Source: a virus
IMG/VR virus record: IMGVR_UViG_3300045978_000140
Span: 1-64,000 of that record
Strand: one strand, 5' to 3'
Length of the DNA: 64,000 nucleotides
The notes beneath the pieces were generated by a model, which searched no databases, had not been told where the DNA came from, and saw only the letters and a list, made by a program, of their open reading frames with translations. The position numbers and the translations under genes were made by a program. Numbering within the stretch: position 1 is the first letter of the stretch; every line of letters starts with the position of its first letter. Positions 44,817 to 55,287 of the stretch are shown here, piece by piece.

Positions 44817-45040
44817 GAAATCCAGTTTATGCTACAATAATCAGTAGCTCCATAATAAGATTACACAAGGAATATCCAGGCTTACCTATAGGTGAGCACA
44901 TTGCACATGCTTTAGATGGGGGAGATATATATAATATTTCAGACAGAGAATTTGCTGAAGCTCTTACCAACTATTTGACAGAGTTAGAGCTTGACAGTGC
45001 TTTCCAATCTGAGGATAGCCCAGATGAGTACAATGAATGA
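44813..45040 (+). CDS. Hypothetical protein
   Basis: 75-aa ORF. Confidence 0.4.
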   Translation: MRNPVYATIISSSIIRLHKEYPGLPIGEHIAHALDGGDIYNISDREFAEALTNYLTELELDSAFQSEDSPDEYNE

Positions 45041-45224
45041 CCCTACAAAATATGAAATTTTACAAGCTATGGCCTCCAGAAGGAAAGAGATGGAGGACAT
45101 AGGAAGAATTGTAGGCGAACTCACCAAAAAAATTGAAGAATTAAAACAACGCAGGGAGGATCTCAAGAACCTAAACTTTCTTGACGCCATCCTGCTAAAA
45201 GAACTATATAATGGCACTGACTAA
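44991..45224 (+). CDS. Hypothetical coiled-coil protein
   Basis: 77-aa ORF. Confidence 0.4.
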   Translation: MTVLSNLRIAQMSTMNDPTKYEILQAMASRRKEMEDIGRIVGELTKKIEELKQRREDLKNLNFLDAILLKELYNGTD

Positions 45225-45525
45225 GAAAACTTACATTAACACTGAGCTGGATTGGGCTGAGGAACAACTCCAAACCTGGAGAGACTACATAGACAAAAAT
45301 CCCCTTAGTGAAATGAAAGACAGGATAGAATGGAAGCCTACCTCCAAAGGAGGATTGCTTCCCATGGTGATAGCCTCTGTTGAGACACAGGGGAAATTCG
45401 TCCAGGAAACAATGAAGAATTACTTGGCCCTTTTAGAGGTAGTCGATAAACTCAGGGAGAAAGAGGATGCTAAGAAAGAGGCCAGAGGTCAATCCACTGT
45501 CCCTCACAGAATGCAAACTAAATAA
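45211..45525 (+). CDS. Hypothetical protein (candidate small terminase subunit by position)
   Basis: 104 aa, immediately upstream of the large terminase. Confidence 0.3.
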   Translation: MALTKKTYINTELDWAEEQLQTWRDYIDKNPLSEMKDRIEWKPTSKGGLLPMVIASVETQGKFVQETMKNYLALLEVVDKLREKEDAKKEARGQSTVPHRMQTK

Positions 45526-45533
45526 TCCTGAAG

Positions 45534-47573
45534 ATGGAAATCAGAAGCACAGAATTCTTCAAGAACATCTCATCCCTACCACCTCCTGGAACAAAGGAGT
45601 TTGAGGATCTGATAAAGTGGGAAGAAGAAAAAATTAAGGGAGGTGTCACAATCAATGGAGTTTATTTCTCTGGCTGGTTGTATTGGCACCTTAATCATTG
45701 GTGGATACGTATAGATAGCAAGGATAACTATGGCAATGACGTACGTATTACCAGTCTCCCAGAGCTCAGAGATAATGAGTGGATACGAGCAGAAATCCTC
45801 GAAGAGTGTAAAAATCTAAAAGAGGGTTATATGGAAGTAGGGGGACGTCAGGGAGGAAAATCTGAAATGGAAGCCTCATACTTTGGAATGAATGCCACGC
45901 TCTTTGAGAACACACAGAACGTTATCATATGTGGTAACGATTATGACTTAGGCCTACTTAAGGACAAGGTGGATTTTGGGATGAAGAACCTTTGGCCAGG
46001 GATAGCTATACCTCGTCTGGATAAGACATGGCGCTCCAACCAGATTAGATTGGGATACAAGAAATCTGATGGAGAGGATGCCATCTGGAGCTACATCGTA
46101 ATTCGTAACGCCAAGGATGGTAACGTTACTGAGGTGGCAGCAGGTACAACTGCTAAATCCCTTATCATGGACGAGATAGGGAAATATCCCTTCGCTGCAA
46201 CATTTAAAGCAGGGGAACCTGCAATAAAAGGAGCTAATGGCTGGAGAGCTGTTCCCATCCTTGTTGGAACTGGTGGTTCCTTCGAGAGGGGCCAAGATGC
46301 TGAGAACTTTTTCTACAATCCTCGTGCAAATAACTTCCATGCATGTGTGGACCCTGAGACAGGTAGGGAAACAGGACTCTTCCTCTCTGGTCTGTATCGT
46401 CAGGATTGTAAAAGAGAAATGACCCTAGGAGAGTGGTTAACTCAAGAAAGAGGACTTGTTCTTCCTAAAGACTCAGATCTACACAATATTCTAATCAAAG
46501 CTGCTGATAAAGACAAAGCCAGAGAGCTAATAGCTAAAGAAAGAGCTGCAGCTAAGCTAAACCCAGACAGAACTATATACTTAAAACAAATAATGTACTA
46601 CCCTCTAACTGTAGAGGAATGTTTCCTTCAATCAGGAGAGAATATCTTCGATATCGAAGGAGCAAAGAGACAAAAAACACGATTGCAGGAAAACGCCCAT
46701 ACAGGTATTCCTGTAGTACTATACGATGATGGAGAAGGAGTTAAACATGAATTCACAGACAAACAACCAATTACAAATTTCCCAGCTAAGAAAGACGATA
46801 ACAAGGACGCTCCAGTTATTATATACGAGTTCCCTGTTGACAATCCTCCCTATGGATTATATGTTGCTGGTGTTGACCCTTATAGACAGGGCAAAGCTGC
46901 TTACAGTAGTTCTTTGGGTGTCGTTTACATCTACAAAAGGATGCACTCGATTTCAGGAGAGAAATATCAAGATATGTTTGTGGCGAGCTATTGTGCAAGA
47001 CCAGACAGAAAAGAGGTGTGGGAAGACCAAGCCAGATTGTTAATTAAGTTTTATAATGCTAGAGCATTAGTAGAAAATGATGAAATTTCTTTCATTGACT
47101 ATATGATAGCAAAAGGTGATTCTCACTACTTAGAGCGCCAACCTATTTGGCTTCAGGAGATTGTACCTAACACTACAGTAAAAAGAGACTTTGGTATACA
47201 TAGGTCAGCTGAAAAAATTAGATTATTTTTGCATGGATGCTTGAAGAAATATACAGAGGAAGTTCTTATCAGAGAGAAGACTCTTGTTGATGATGGGGAA
47301 ATCATGCCAGCTTTAAAAGGAATGACCAAGATATTTGATCCTCTTCTGTTAGATGAAATGATAGCCTATAATGACGAAGGAAACTTCGATAGAATTATTG
47401 CTGCAGAGCTGGCTATAGCCTTAGCAATGAAGCTGGACCCAATAATGGGAGCAGTGGGCAGTGAGGGAGACATTCGAGTCAGAACTATGTATGCCCATGA
47501 CAAACCAAGGAAAAAACTGTTTTCTCCAACGAGAAACATGTTCGTGAATAGTAACAAGTTATTTAGAAAATAA
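45534..47573 (+). CDS. Terminase large subunit
   Basis: Walker A VGGRQGGKSE (~aa 100). Walker B LIMDEIGKY. 679 aa. Followed by portal, scaffold and capsid in the canonical order. Confidence 0.6.
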   Translation: MEIRSTEFFKNISSLPPPGTKEFEDLIKWEEEKIKGGVTINGVYFSGWLYWHLNHWWIRIDSKDNYGNDVRITSLPELRDNEWIRAEILEECKNLKEGYMEVGGRQGGKSEMEASYFGMNATLFENTQNVIICGNDYDLGLLKDKVDFGMKNLWPGIAIPRLDKTWRSNQIRLGYKKSDGEDAIWSYIVIRNAKDGNVTEVAAGTTAKSLIMDEIGKYPFAATFKAGEPAIKGANGWRAVPILVGTGGSFERGQDAENFFYNPRANNFHACVDPETGRETGLFLSGLYRQDCKREMTLGEWLTQERGLVLPKDSDLHNILIKAADKDKARELIAKERAAAKLNPDRTIYLKQIMYYPLTVEECFLQSGENIFDIEGAKRQKTRLQENAHTGIPVVLYDDGEGVKHEFTDKQPITNFPAKKDDNKDAPVIIYEFPVDNPPYGLYVAGVDPYRQGKAAYSSSLGVVYIYKRMHSISGEKYQDMFVASYCARPDRKEVWEDQARLLIKFYNARALVENDEISFIDYMIAKGDSHYLERQPIWLQEIVPNTTVKRDFGIHRSAEKIRLFLHGCLKKYTEEVLIREKTLVDDGEIMPALKGMTKIFDPLLLDEMIAYNDEGNFDRIIAAELAIALAMKLDPIMGAVGSEGDIRVRTMYAHDKPRKKLFSPTRNMFVNSNKLFRK

Positions 47574-47574
47574 A

Positions 47575-50172
47575 ATGGCAATTATCAGATATACCAAGGA
47601 CGCCACAATCAGATATGCCTACCTTAACATCTTCCCTGACCAGTTTAAAACTGACAAGGAGAAAAAGGATGAGAGTTGGATAAAGAATACTATGGATTAC
47701 TTTGCCAACAAAGCCTATGCAGAATACGTTAAGAACAGGGATACATTTGTGAGCAATTATGACCTGATGAAAGGAATTCTTCGCCCTGAAGACTTCTATC
47801 AGGAGCCAGATGTGAAAAGTTTCACAGATATCTTGGAAAAAGACATGGAGCTTCCCAAATATGTGAAACATTACTCTATTGTCACCACTCCAATTAATGA
47901 ATTAACTGGAGAGCTGACTAAAAGACCAGATACCTATAGAATAAAAGCCTTCGATGACGAATCCAAGTCAGAGGAACTTCAATACAAAACCCAGATACTT
48001 CAGGATTATATTCTTCAGGAAGCCAATAGAAAGCTAATGGAGCATGCTGCAATGCAAGGTATTGAAGTACCTGATGAGGAAATGCAGCAAAGAACCATGC
48101 AACAGGTACAGGAAGAACTGACTGACTACACTTCTACAGCTGAAAAATGGGCCAATCACATACTTACATGTTCAAAAGGTGAGTTTAATATCAAAGAGAA
48201 GTCAGAGGATGCTTTTCGTGACCTTATGATAGCTAATAGACAATATTACCATCTTTATGAGGATAACTCCAAGTTAGGATATAATATAGAGGTAGCAAAC
48301 CCAAAAAACACCTGGTGGTTATCTACCCCAGACTTAAAGTGGACAAGTGACCCTTCAGGAAGAGCACATGGAGCCTATGCTGCAGGTACAGTTCAGGTAA
48401 TGGAACTTTCTGAGATTATTGAGTCAATCCCAGATATAACTAAAGAAGAAATAGATCACTTACGTTCCAGCCTTCAGGATTATGGACTTATCAATGTAAG
48501 GGAATCTAATTTAGGAAACCCTAATGCAGTCGAAGGGCAAGACAGTATTATATATGACACATATGACCCTCTTGTTCTTCAGACAAGAATGCTGATTGAA
48601 TCTGAGCTGAAAGAAAACAATGATGGTCTGAAAGACTTCCTGGGGCTAACTTCCAATGTCTCTTCCTTTGGTTACAAATATGTAGTGGTAAGAGCCTACT
48701 GGATAAGCAAAAAGAAAATTGGAAAGCTTGTATATACAGACCAATTTGACCAATTACAATCAGTATTGGTAGATGAGCACTACAAATCAGGAGCAATGCC
48801 AACACAAGTATCCTTAGAATGGGGGTGGATTAATGAATGGTACCAAGGAATTAAAGTGGGGCCAGACATCTATTTTGTCAAACCATTTAAGTTACTTGAC
48901 TACTGTCCCATTATAGGGCTTGTTCATGAAATCAAGAATACAGAATCACGCTCATTGGTAGACCTGATGAAACCATTCCAGGTTATATACAATGTATGTA
49001 TGAACCAACTCTTTGAATTACTACAAAAAGAGGTTGGTAGAGTACAACTGATGTCTATCAGACACATTCCTATTCCTAAGGATGGAGATGCACAGGATGC
49101 TCTCGATATCTGGGAAATGGAAGCACGCAAACGAGGAGTGGTATTTGTTGATGACTCTCCAGAAAACCTAAAAGCTCCATCAGGATTCAACCAGTTTGCT
49201 TCCTTAGACTTAACTCGTACAGCTGAGATACAATCCAGATATAACCTGGCCATGCAGATGAAGAATGAGTGCTGGGAATTGATAGGAATGTCGAGACAAA
49301 GAATGGGTACTGTGACACCTTCAGAGTCAGCTACAGGTACTCAGACAGCAGTTCAGCAGTCTTATGCACAGACAGAACCACTGTTTGTAGCCCATGAATA
49401 CAATTTAGGTAAACTTTACCAGGCTATTGTAGATGCTTCTCAATATATACAAGGTTCTAAACCACAATCTACTGTCTCTTATATTACAGGAGAAGGAGAA
49501 GCTGCATTTATACAGGTTAATGGAAATGATATTAAACTAAGAGATTTAAAAGTGTTCTCAACCAACAGACCAGAAGATACTCAAATGTTCAATGAAATTA
49601 GAGCTTTGAGTCAAGCAATCATCCAAAATGGAGGAAGTGTTTACGATATTGTTGAACTTTACAGTACCAAGTCACAAAGACAACTTAAAAAAGTGTTCAA
49701 AGACTTGCGTGACAGACAACAAGCTATGCAAGAGCAAGCACAAGCCACTCAGCAACAACAAGTTGATCAACAAGGTCAAATTGCTCAGGCTCAGATGGAA
49801 CAAGCTGCTCAGCAAAAACAAATTGAGATGGAAAATCAAAATCATCAAAATGAGCTTGATCGTATTAACAAAAAAGAGATTGCACTGCTTAATGCTTTGG
49901 GTAGAAACCCTGAAGCTACAGCAGATGTGGATCAAACTGGAATTGCTGATGCATTAGAAATTAGCAATATGGCAGCTGAAGAAACAAGAGCTAACAAAGA
50001 TCATGAGGCAAAAATGTCTGATATCCAATCTAAAACTAAATTAGGGCTTAGTAAACTAACAGTTGAGAGAGAAAAGCTACAAGTTGACAGGGAAAATCAG
50101 AAAAATGACCTTGAGATTGCAAAGATCAATGCTAAAAACAGGGCAAATAAGAAAACGCCCCCTAAAAAATAA
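47575..50172 (+). CDS. Putative portal protein (865 aa, Gln-rich coiled-coil C-terminus)
   Basis: Position directly after the terminase. Large size. C-terminal QQQQVDQQGQIAQAQMEQAAQQKQ coiled coil. Confidence 0.45.
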   Translation: MAIIRYTKDATIRYAYLNIFPDQFKTDKEKKDESWIKNTMDYFANKAYAEYVKNRDTFVSNYDLMKGILRPEDFYQEPDVKSFTDILEKDMELPKYVKHYSIVTTPINELTGELTKRPDTYRIKAFDDESKSEELQYKTQILQDYILQEANRKLMEHAAMQGIEVPDEEMQQRTMQQVQEELTDYTSTAEKWANHILTCSKGEFNIKEKSEDAFRDLMIANRQYYHLYEDNSKLGYNIEVANPKNTWWLSTPDLKWTSDPSGRAHGAYAAGTVQVMELSEIIESIPDITKEEIDHLRSSLQDYGLINVRESNLGNPNAVEGQDSIIYDTYDPLVLQTRMLIESELKENNDGLKDFLGLTSNVSSFGYKYVVVRAYWISKKKIGKLVYTDQFDQLQSVLVDEHYKSGAMPTQVSLEWGWINEWYQGIKVGPDIYFVKPFKLLDYCPIIGLVHEIKNTESRSLVDLMKPFQVIYNVCMNQLFELLQKEVGRVQLMSIRHIPIPKDGDAQDALDIWEMEARKRGVVFVDDSPENLKAPSGFNQFASLDLTRTAEIQSRYNLAMQMKNECWELIGMSRQRMGTVTPSESATGTQTAVQQSYAQTEPLFVAHEYNLGKLYQAIVDASQYIQGSKPQSTVSYITGEGEAAFIQVNGNDIKLRDLKVFSTNRPEDTQMFNEIRALSQAIIQNGGSVYDIVELYSTKSQRQLKKVFKDLRDRQQAMQEQAQATQQQQVDQQGQIAQAQMEQAAQQKQIEMENQNHQNELDRINKKEIALLNALGRNPEATADVDQTGIADALEISNMAAEETRANKDHEAKMSDIQSKTKLGLSKLTVEREKLQVDRENQKNDLEIAKINAKNRANKKTPPKK

Positions 50173-50304
50173 ATCAATTTGATTAGAGAGCAGAAATATT
50201 AATGCTATATTATCGAAAAAATTACGCTAATTTCTTTAATTATGCTTTGATGGTAATAAAGCTCTCACTAATTTTACATGCGAAACCAATAATAATAACT
50301 ACAT

Positions 50305-51573
50305 ATGGCAACTATTGAAGACAATAACCAAGGATTTGGTGACTTTGGGATTAAAGACACCATGGAAATGGGCCTAGGAAATGCTGAACTTTTGAGAGAC
50401 TTATTAGGTCCTGAGACTGCTTCAAGCAACCCTGAAGAAATAACCCCTATAATTAAGGACGCTGAAGATCCAGCTCCTGCAGATCCACCAAAACCAAAGG
50501 GTAAAGAAGTGGAACCTCCTAAAGATGGAGAGGAACCTAAGGTTAAGAATACCATTGCTGATTTCATAGGAGATCATCAAGGGGAAGAGGAAGAAGAGGA
50601 AACAGGGGCTGGGGCTGATGTAAAGAAACCAGCTGATTCCACTGAAGATGAGGATGAAAACCCAGCTTCTAATTATAACCAGTTTGAAGCTCTTTCAAAC
50701 GATTTATTTAAATTGGGTGTCTTCAATAAAGATGAAGACGAAGATGATATTGTTATTAATACTCCAGAATTGTTCTTACAGAGATTCACTGAAGAAAAAA
50801 GAAAAGGAGCTATTGATATGGTGAATAACTTCATTGGGCAGTTTGGTGAAGATTATCAGAACGCTTTTGATGCCATATATGTTAAAGGAGTAGACCCAAG
50901 AGAATACTGGGGAGCTTACATCGAGGCTGTTAATTATGCAGAAATGGATATGACAGTCGAGGGTAATCAAGAAGCAGTGATGAGAAAATCACTAGCAGAC
51001 CAAGGATTTGAGGGTGAAGATATAGCTACAGAGATTGAAAGATTGAAAAATTATGGGGACTTAGCAGACGTTGCAGCAAGAAACCATAAGGTGTTGGTGA
51101 AAAAAGAAGCTGTTAAGATGCAGGAGATGGAACAAAGAGCTCAGCATGATTTAGAACAGAAAACTTTGACCAGAAACCAATACATCAATAATGTTCAGTC
51201 TGTTATACAAGACAAACTAAAAACAAAAGAATTCGATGGTATTCCAATCAACCCTAAGTTGGCCAATGAAGTACAAGAGTTCTTATTAGTTGACAAGTAT
51301 AAAACTGCTTCAGGAGAATTGCTCACTGATTTTGACAAAATGATACTAGACCTAAAACGTCCTGAGAATCACGCAACCAAAGTTAAGATAGCATTACTCT
51401 TAAAAGTATTAGAGAAAGATCCAACTCTTTCCACAATACAAAGAACAGGTGTAACTAAAAAAACTGACTCCCTATTTAGTGAAGTTGCCAGACAAGTAAC
51501 AAAAGATAAAACTCCTGTCAGCGACACTAAAACTGGAACAAGTGCAAATAGTCCTTCTTGGAAAGGGTTATAA
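50305..51573 (+). CDS. Putative scaffolding protein (highly acidic)
   Basis: 422 aa with EEEEEET and DEDEN runs, helical. Lies between the portal and capsid genes. Confidence 0.45.
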   Translation: MATIEDNNQGFGDFGIKDTMEMGLGNAELLRDLLGPETASSNPEEITPIIKDAEDPAPADPPKPKGKEVEPPKDGEEPKVKNTIADFIGDHQGEEEEEETGAGADVKKPADSTEDEDENPASNYNQFEALSNDLFKLGVFNKDEDEDDIVINTPELFLQRFTEEKRKGAIDMVNNFIGQFGEDYQNAFDAIYVKGVDPREYWGAYIEAVNYAEMDMTVEGNQEAVMRKSLADQGFEGEDIATEIERLKNYGDLADVAARNHKVLVKKEAVKMQEMEQRAQHDLEQKTLTRNQYINNVQSVIQDKLKTKEFDGIPINPKLANEVQEFLLVDKYKTASGELLTDFDKMILDLKRPENHATKVKIALLLKVLEKDPTLSTIQRTGVTKKTDSLFSEVARQVTKDKTPVSDTKTGTSANSPSWKGL

Positions 51574-51600
51574 TATTAATAACAATAAATCTGAAATAAA

Positions 51601-53169
51601 ATGGCAATTCAAACAATCCCAGGATTAGTTGGGTTTACCTACGCTAGAGTTTCTTCAATGGATAAACGTGCTGTGGGTAAGTTAACAGACTCCAATCACT
51701 TGGAATCCTTCCACTCCACAGAGCCTGCAGATTATGATAAGAAAATCATAAGTCTGTATACCCAGAGCACATTGTATAGCAATGACTTTCTGGACATGAT
51801 TAACAAAAGTACTCCATTCTACATCGACAACAATAGCGATGCTTGGAAATGGGATATTGCTGTTCCTTACAAATTCCCTAAAATTATTGACGTTCCTTTG
51901 GTTACTGCCAATGCTCTAGCCAGTCCAACTGGTAAAGTAGGTATAGATGGACAAGAATTCCAGCTAGTGTTAGACACTAATGAATTCTCTAAAAATGCCA
52001 TTGTATCAGTAGGTACTCGTCAATATGGCCCTAGACTCTACGTAATCAAAGATCCAGTACCTTGGAATGCAGGTTACCTTTACTCCTTCACATTAGTTTC
52101 TCCAAACCCTAAAGTTGACTTTGTTAACCCAACCTTCTTAAGAGTTGGTGTTGAATTAGAGTTGATCGATGGTGCTATTGGTGAGTTCGATCAAGACTTG
52201 TTAGGACTTCCAAGATTGGGTGAAAAAATCACCATGTTTGAATCTCTTTCCAGTGGTTATGGTTTTGAACACAAAATCACTGAATGGGCTGATGACAGAA
52301 TGATGAAGGATTCTGATGGTAAAGCATTAGACATCTTGGTATACGCTCCACAAAGACGTGGTCAATTGCCATTAACTCGTAATGATGTTAAATGGGAACC
52401 TTTCATCGAGTTTATGATGAGAAAATCTATGATGGAACTTAAAGTTAAACGTATGATCTGGTCTCAACCAGGTACTGTGAAAACTCATGGTTCTCGTCAG
52501 GAATTAAAACGTACTTCTGCTGGTGTATACTACAGAATGCGTAACAATGGAAACTTAGTTCAGTACAACAGAGGTGAGTTCAACGCTAACCTTCTACGAA
52601 GCGTGTTTGGAGACTTGTTCTACAGACGTGTGGATGTAAAAGACAGACGTGTTAAAATGTACACTAATGAGGCTGGATTTGATGTGTTCCAACAAGCAAT
52701 CAAAACAGACGCCCTTAATTCTGGTCTTACTCTGGTAGCAGACTCTGGAAACAGATTCTTGCAAGGAGAAGGACAACATATCACTTATAACTTCGCATTC
52801 GATGCTATGGTTACTCGTGAGACTGGTAGAATCGAGCTTATCCACTTGAAAGAGTTGGATTTACCACAAACCAACTTAGAGTTTGGACAAAACAAAAAAT
52901 CAACACCAGTATTCTTCGTGTTCGATGTTTCTCCAATGTCTGATGGTTCAATGGTGAACAACATTCGTGAGGTAAGAATGAAAGGAGCGCCTTCTATGAC
53001 TTGGGGTTATATCGATGGTACTCGTCACCACTTAGGTTTTGCGAAATCTCAAGGTATGAGTTCAGCTAACAAATTCCCAGGTTATGAGTTATGGATGAAA
53101 GATAGATGTGATATCTTCATTGAAGACCTGTCCAGAACAGTGTTGATAGAAGAGATCCCTCAATTCTAA
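51601..53169 (+). CDS. Putative major capsid protein
   Basis: 522 aa. Position after the scaffold. Strong start context 'aaataaaATG'. Confidence 0.45.
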   Translation: MAIQTIPGLVGFTYARVSSMDKRAVGKLTDSNHLESFHSTEPADYDKKIISLYTQSTLYSNDFLDMINKSTPFYIDNNSDAWKWDIAVPYKFPKIIDVPLVTANALASPTGKVGIDGQEFQLVLDTNEFSKNAIVSVGTRQYGPRLYVIKDPVPWNAGYLYSFTLVSPNPKVDFVNPTFLRVGVELELIDGAIGEFDQDLLGLPRLGEKITMFESLSSGYGFEHKITEWADDRMMKDSDGKALDILVYAPQRRGQLPLTRNDVKWEPFIEFMMRKSMMELKVKRMIWSQPGTVKTHGSRQELKRTSAGVYYRMRNNGNLVQYNRGEFNANLLRSVFGDLFYRRVDVKDRRVKMYTNEAGFDVFQQAIKTDALNSGLTLVADSGNRFLQGEGQHITYNFAFDAMVTRETGRIELIHLKELDLPQTNLEFGQNKKSTPVFFVFDVSPMSDGSMVNNIREVRMKGAPSMTWGYIDGTRHHLGFAKSQGMSSANKFPGYELWMKDRCDIFIEDLSRTVLIEEIPQF

Positions 53170-53246
53170 TAACTGAATTCGAGACTGATTCCCCCACGCA
53201 CCACTCTCCCACCAGTGGGGGTTTCTGTTCTCACAAAATTGACATT

Positions 53247-53453
53247 ATGAAACTGATATTACTAATAATGGTGATTCTAGGATGTACATCTTTTACACCA
53301 AAAGAACAAGTACCCTGTCACCCAAGAGGAGATATTGGACCATGTATTCACAGAATACATGATTACGACTATGATTGGTGGGGAAATACATTTCCTTGCA
53401 GTCATAGAGTCCACAGAGCAGACTTGTATCCTTGTATACACGAATGCTGGTAA
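53247..53453 (+). CDS. Small Cys/His-rich lipoprotein-like protein
   Basis: MKLILLIMVILGCTSF, then CHPRGDIGPCIHRIHDYDYDWWGNTFPCSHRVHRADLYPCIHECW. Confidence 0.4.
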   Translation: MKLILLIMVILGCTSFTPKEQVPCHPRGDIGPCIHRIHDYDYDWWGNTFPCSHRVHRADLYPCIHECW

Positions 53454-53460
53454 AATAAAT

Positions 53461-53533
53461 CGTGTGGTGGAGCAGTTGGAAGCTCGCAGGGTTCATACCC
53501 CTGAGGTCGTGGGTTCGAGTCCCACCCACACTA
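53461..53533 (+). tRNA. tRNA-Met (CAU) with initiator-like features
   Basis: Manual fold. Acceptor cGUGUGG/CCACACu with a C1xU72 mismatch. D-stem GAGC/GCUC (A11:U24). Anticodon stem CAGGG/CCCUG (three G-C pairs) with loop UUCAUAC. T-arm GUGGG-UUCGAGU-CCCAC. Confidence 0.7.
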
Positions 53534-53555
53534 CTAAACCAAAAAATAACTAAAT

Positions 53556-54527
53556 ATGGGAAGTAAAGTAGGCAAAATTGCTGTTATCAAGAAAGAGTAC
53601 AGCAATGCAGATACGCAGACTATGCAAGGTAGTTTAGCTCAAAAAGGATTATCCAGAATTCCAGGTACTGGAGTATTTAAATTTCCTTACAAGGAAAACG
53701 ATGGAAAGTACAGAACTGGATTAGACCCTAATGCAGCTTATATCCAAAGAATAGCAGATCCTTTGGAAAAAGAGTTGGAGACAGAAAGAGTAAAAGAGCT
53801 TTTAGATAGACTGCAAAGAGAGTTAGGTGGTATTGACTTAGGTCCAAGATCTACATTTTGGAATTATGGTCTTGCTACAAGTGTAGATGATACAATGCAC
53901 ATCCAACCTGTTAAGCTAATGGATGGCGATAACTATTTCGATTTGTCTATTCCCCACCAGGAAATCGCATTCGCTTGGTTAAGAGTCCACCCTACGATAG
54001 CATCCAGTTATGCAGCATGGGAACGTGGAGAATATCCTGCAGATACACAGTTTTATGTAGCTGATGATGAGATTGAAAATCAAGTGATGTATAAGAAAAA
54101 ACAACTTATCAACACAGCCATTGTTAAGTTCCAATCTATGTCAATAGAGAAAAAACGTAAAGTGGCCAGATTATTAGGTCTTCCAGTAACAGAGGATACA
54201 AAAGAAGAAATGGTATATAATCAAATTGATAATCTGTTGAAAAAGACAGAGTTTGATAAAGGTAAGTATGCTGGCTTGAACACAGTGGATGTGTTTAATA
54301 GATTTGCTGATATGCAGGAGAATTTACTTCACATAAAAGATTTAGTAAAACAGGCAATTGCTCACAGTATATATCGCATCAAACCTAATGGGCATGTATA
54401 TGAAGGAGAATTTGAGGTAGCCATTGATGAAGATGAGTTGGTAAAATACCTCATCGACGATGAACACCAAGATGATTTGCTCGTATTAGAAGGAAAATTA
54501 AAAGCTAAGAAATTAGCATCAGTGTAA
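53556..54527 (+). CDS. Hypothetical structural protein
   Basis: 323-aa ORF in the structural block. Confidence 0.5.
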   Translation: MGSKVGKIAVIKKEYSNADTQTMQGSLAQKGLSRIPGTGVFKFPYKENDGKYRTGLDPNAAYIQRIADPLEKELETERVKELLDRLQRELGGIDLGPRSTFWNYGLATSVDDTMHIQPVKLMDGDNYFDLSIPHQEIAFAWLRVHPTIASSYAAWERGEYPADTQFYVADDEIENQVMYKKKQLINTAIVKFQSMSIEKKRKVARLLGLPVTEDTKEEMVYNQIDNLLKKTEFDKGKYAGLNTVDVFNRFADMQENLLHIKDLVKQAIAHSIYRIKPNGHVYEGEFEVAIDEDELVKYLIDDEHQDDLLVLEGKLKAKKLASV

Positions 54528-54531
54528 TAAA

Positions 54532-55263
54532 ATGATACCAGTAGACAGTTTATTGTACAAGGTTGATCAGAAATTGAACAAGTTAGCATCCAATGCCCAC
54601 CAATCAATCCCTTTAGAGGATAAGATTCTGGCGCTTAATGAAGCACAGATTAAATTGGTGAAGCAAAAAGTGGATGGATTTGCTACAACATCTGGACTGG
54701 GTCAAGATAGTTTCAAAAAGCGCTATGAAGACTTACAGAGACTTGTAGTTACTTATGAGGATGGTAAGTTGGACTTAACATTAGCAGATCCCATCTTAAA
54801 CAGATGGGCTGCTGATTTAAGCAAATTGAAACCAGAATACATGCTTTATGAGGATAGCTTTGTTATAGCTAATAAAGGAAGATGTAAAGACAGAAAAATT
54901 TGGATAAATAAGGATTTGGCCAGACATGGTGATTTACAATATCTATTAAATAATGAACACTATAGACCTTCATTTGAATATCAAGAGACATTTAACTGGA
55001 TTTCTTCAGATGAAATTAGTATCTTTACAGATGGAACCTTTACCCCCTTAGCTATCTACATAATGTATATGAGATATCCCATATACATAGATAAAGAAGG
55101 ATATATAAAGTTCGATGGTACACCATCAACAAACGTAGATTGTGAATTGGAACTCTATTTAGAGGATGAGCTGTTAGATTTGACAGTGCAAACTTTAGCA
55201 ACATATATAGAAAACCAGTCAGCAATACAGACTTCTCAAATGAGAATACAATCAAACGAGTAA
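54532..55263 (+). CDS. Hypothetical structural protein
   Basis: 243-aa ORF. Confidence 0.5.
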   Translation: MIPVDSLLYKVDQKLNKLASNAHQSIPLEDKILALNEAQIKLVKQKVDGFATTSGLGQDSFKKRYEDLQRLVVTYEDGKLDLTLADPILNRWAADLSKLKPEYMLYEDSFVIANKGRCKDRKIWINKDLARHGDLQYLLNNEHYRPSFEYQETFNWISSDEISIFTDGTFTPLAIYIMYMRYPIYIDKEGYIKFDGTPSTNVDCELELYLEDELLDLTVQTLATYIENQSAIQTSQMRIQSNE

Positions 55264-55287
55264 TTAATAACTTAATTTATAAATAAA

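Noticed and set aside
53293-53553. 72-aa plus-strand and 78-aa minus-strand ORFs
   Set aside because: Both overlap the initiator-like tRNA-Met gene.
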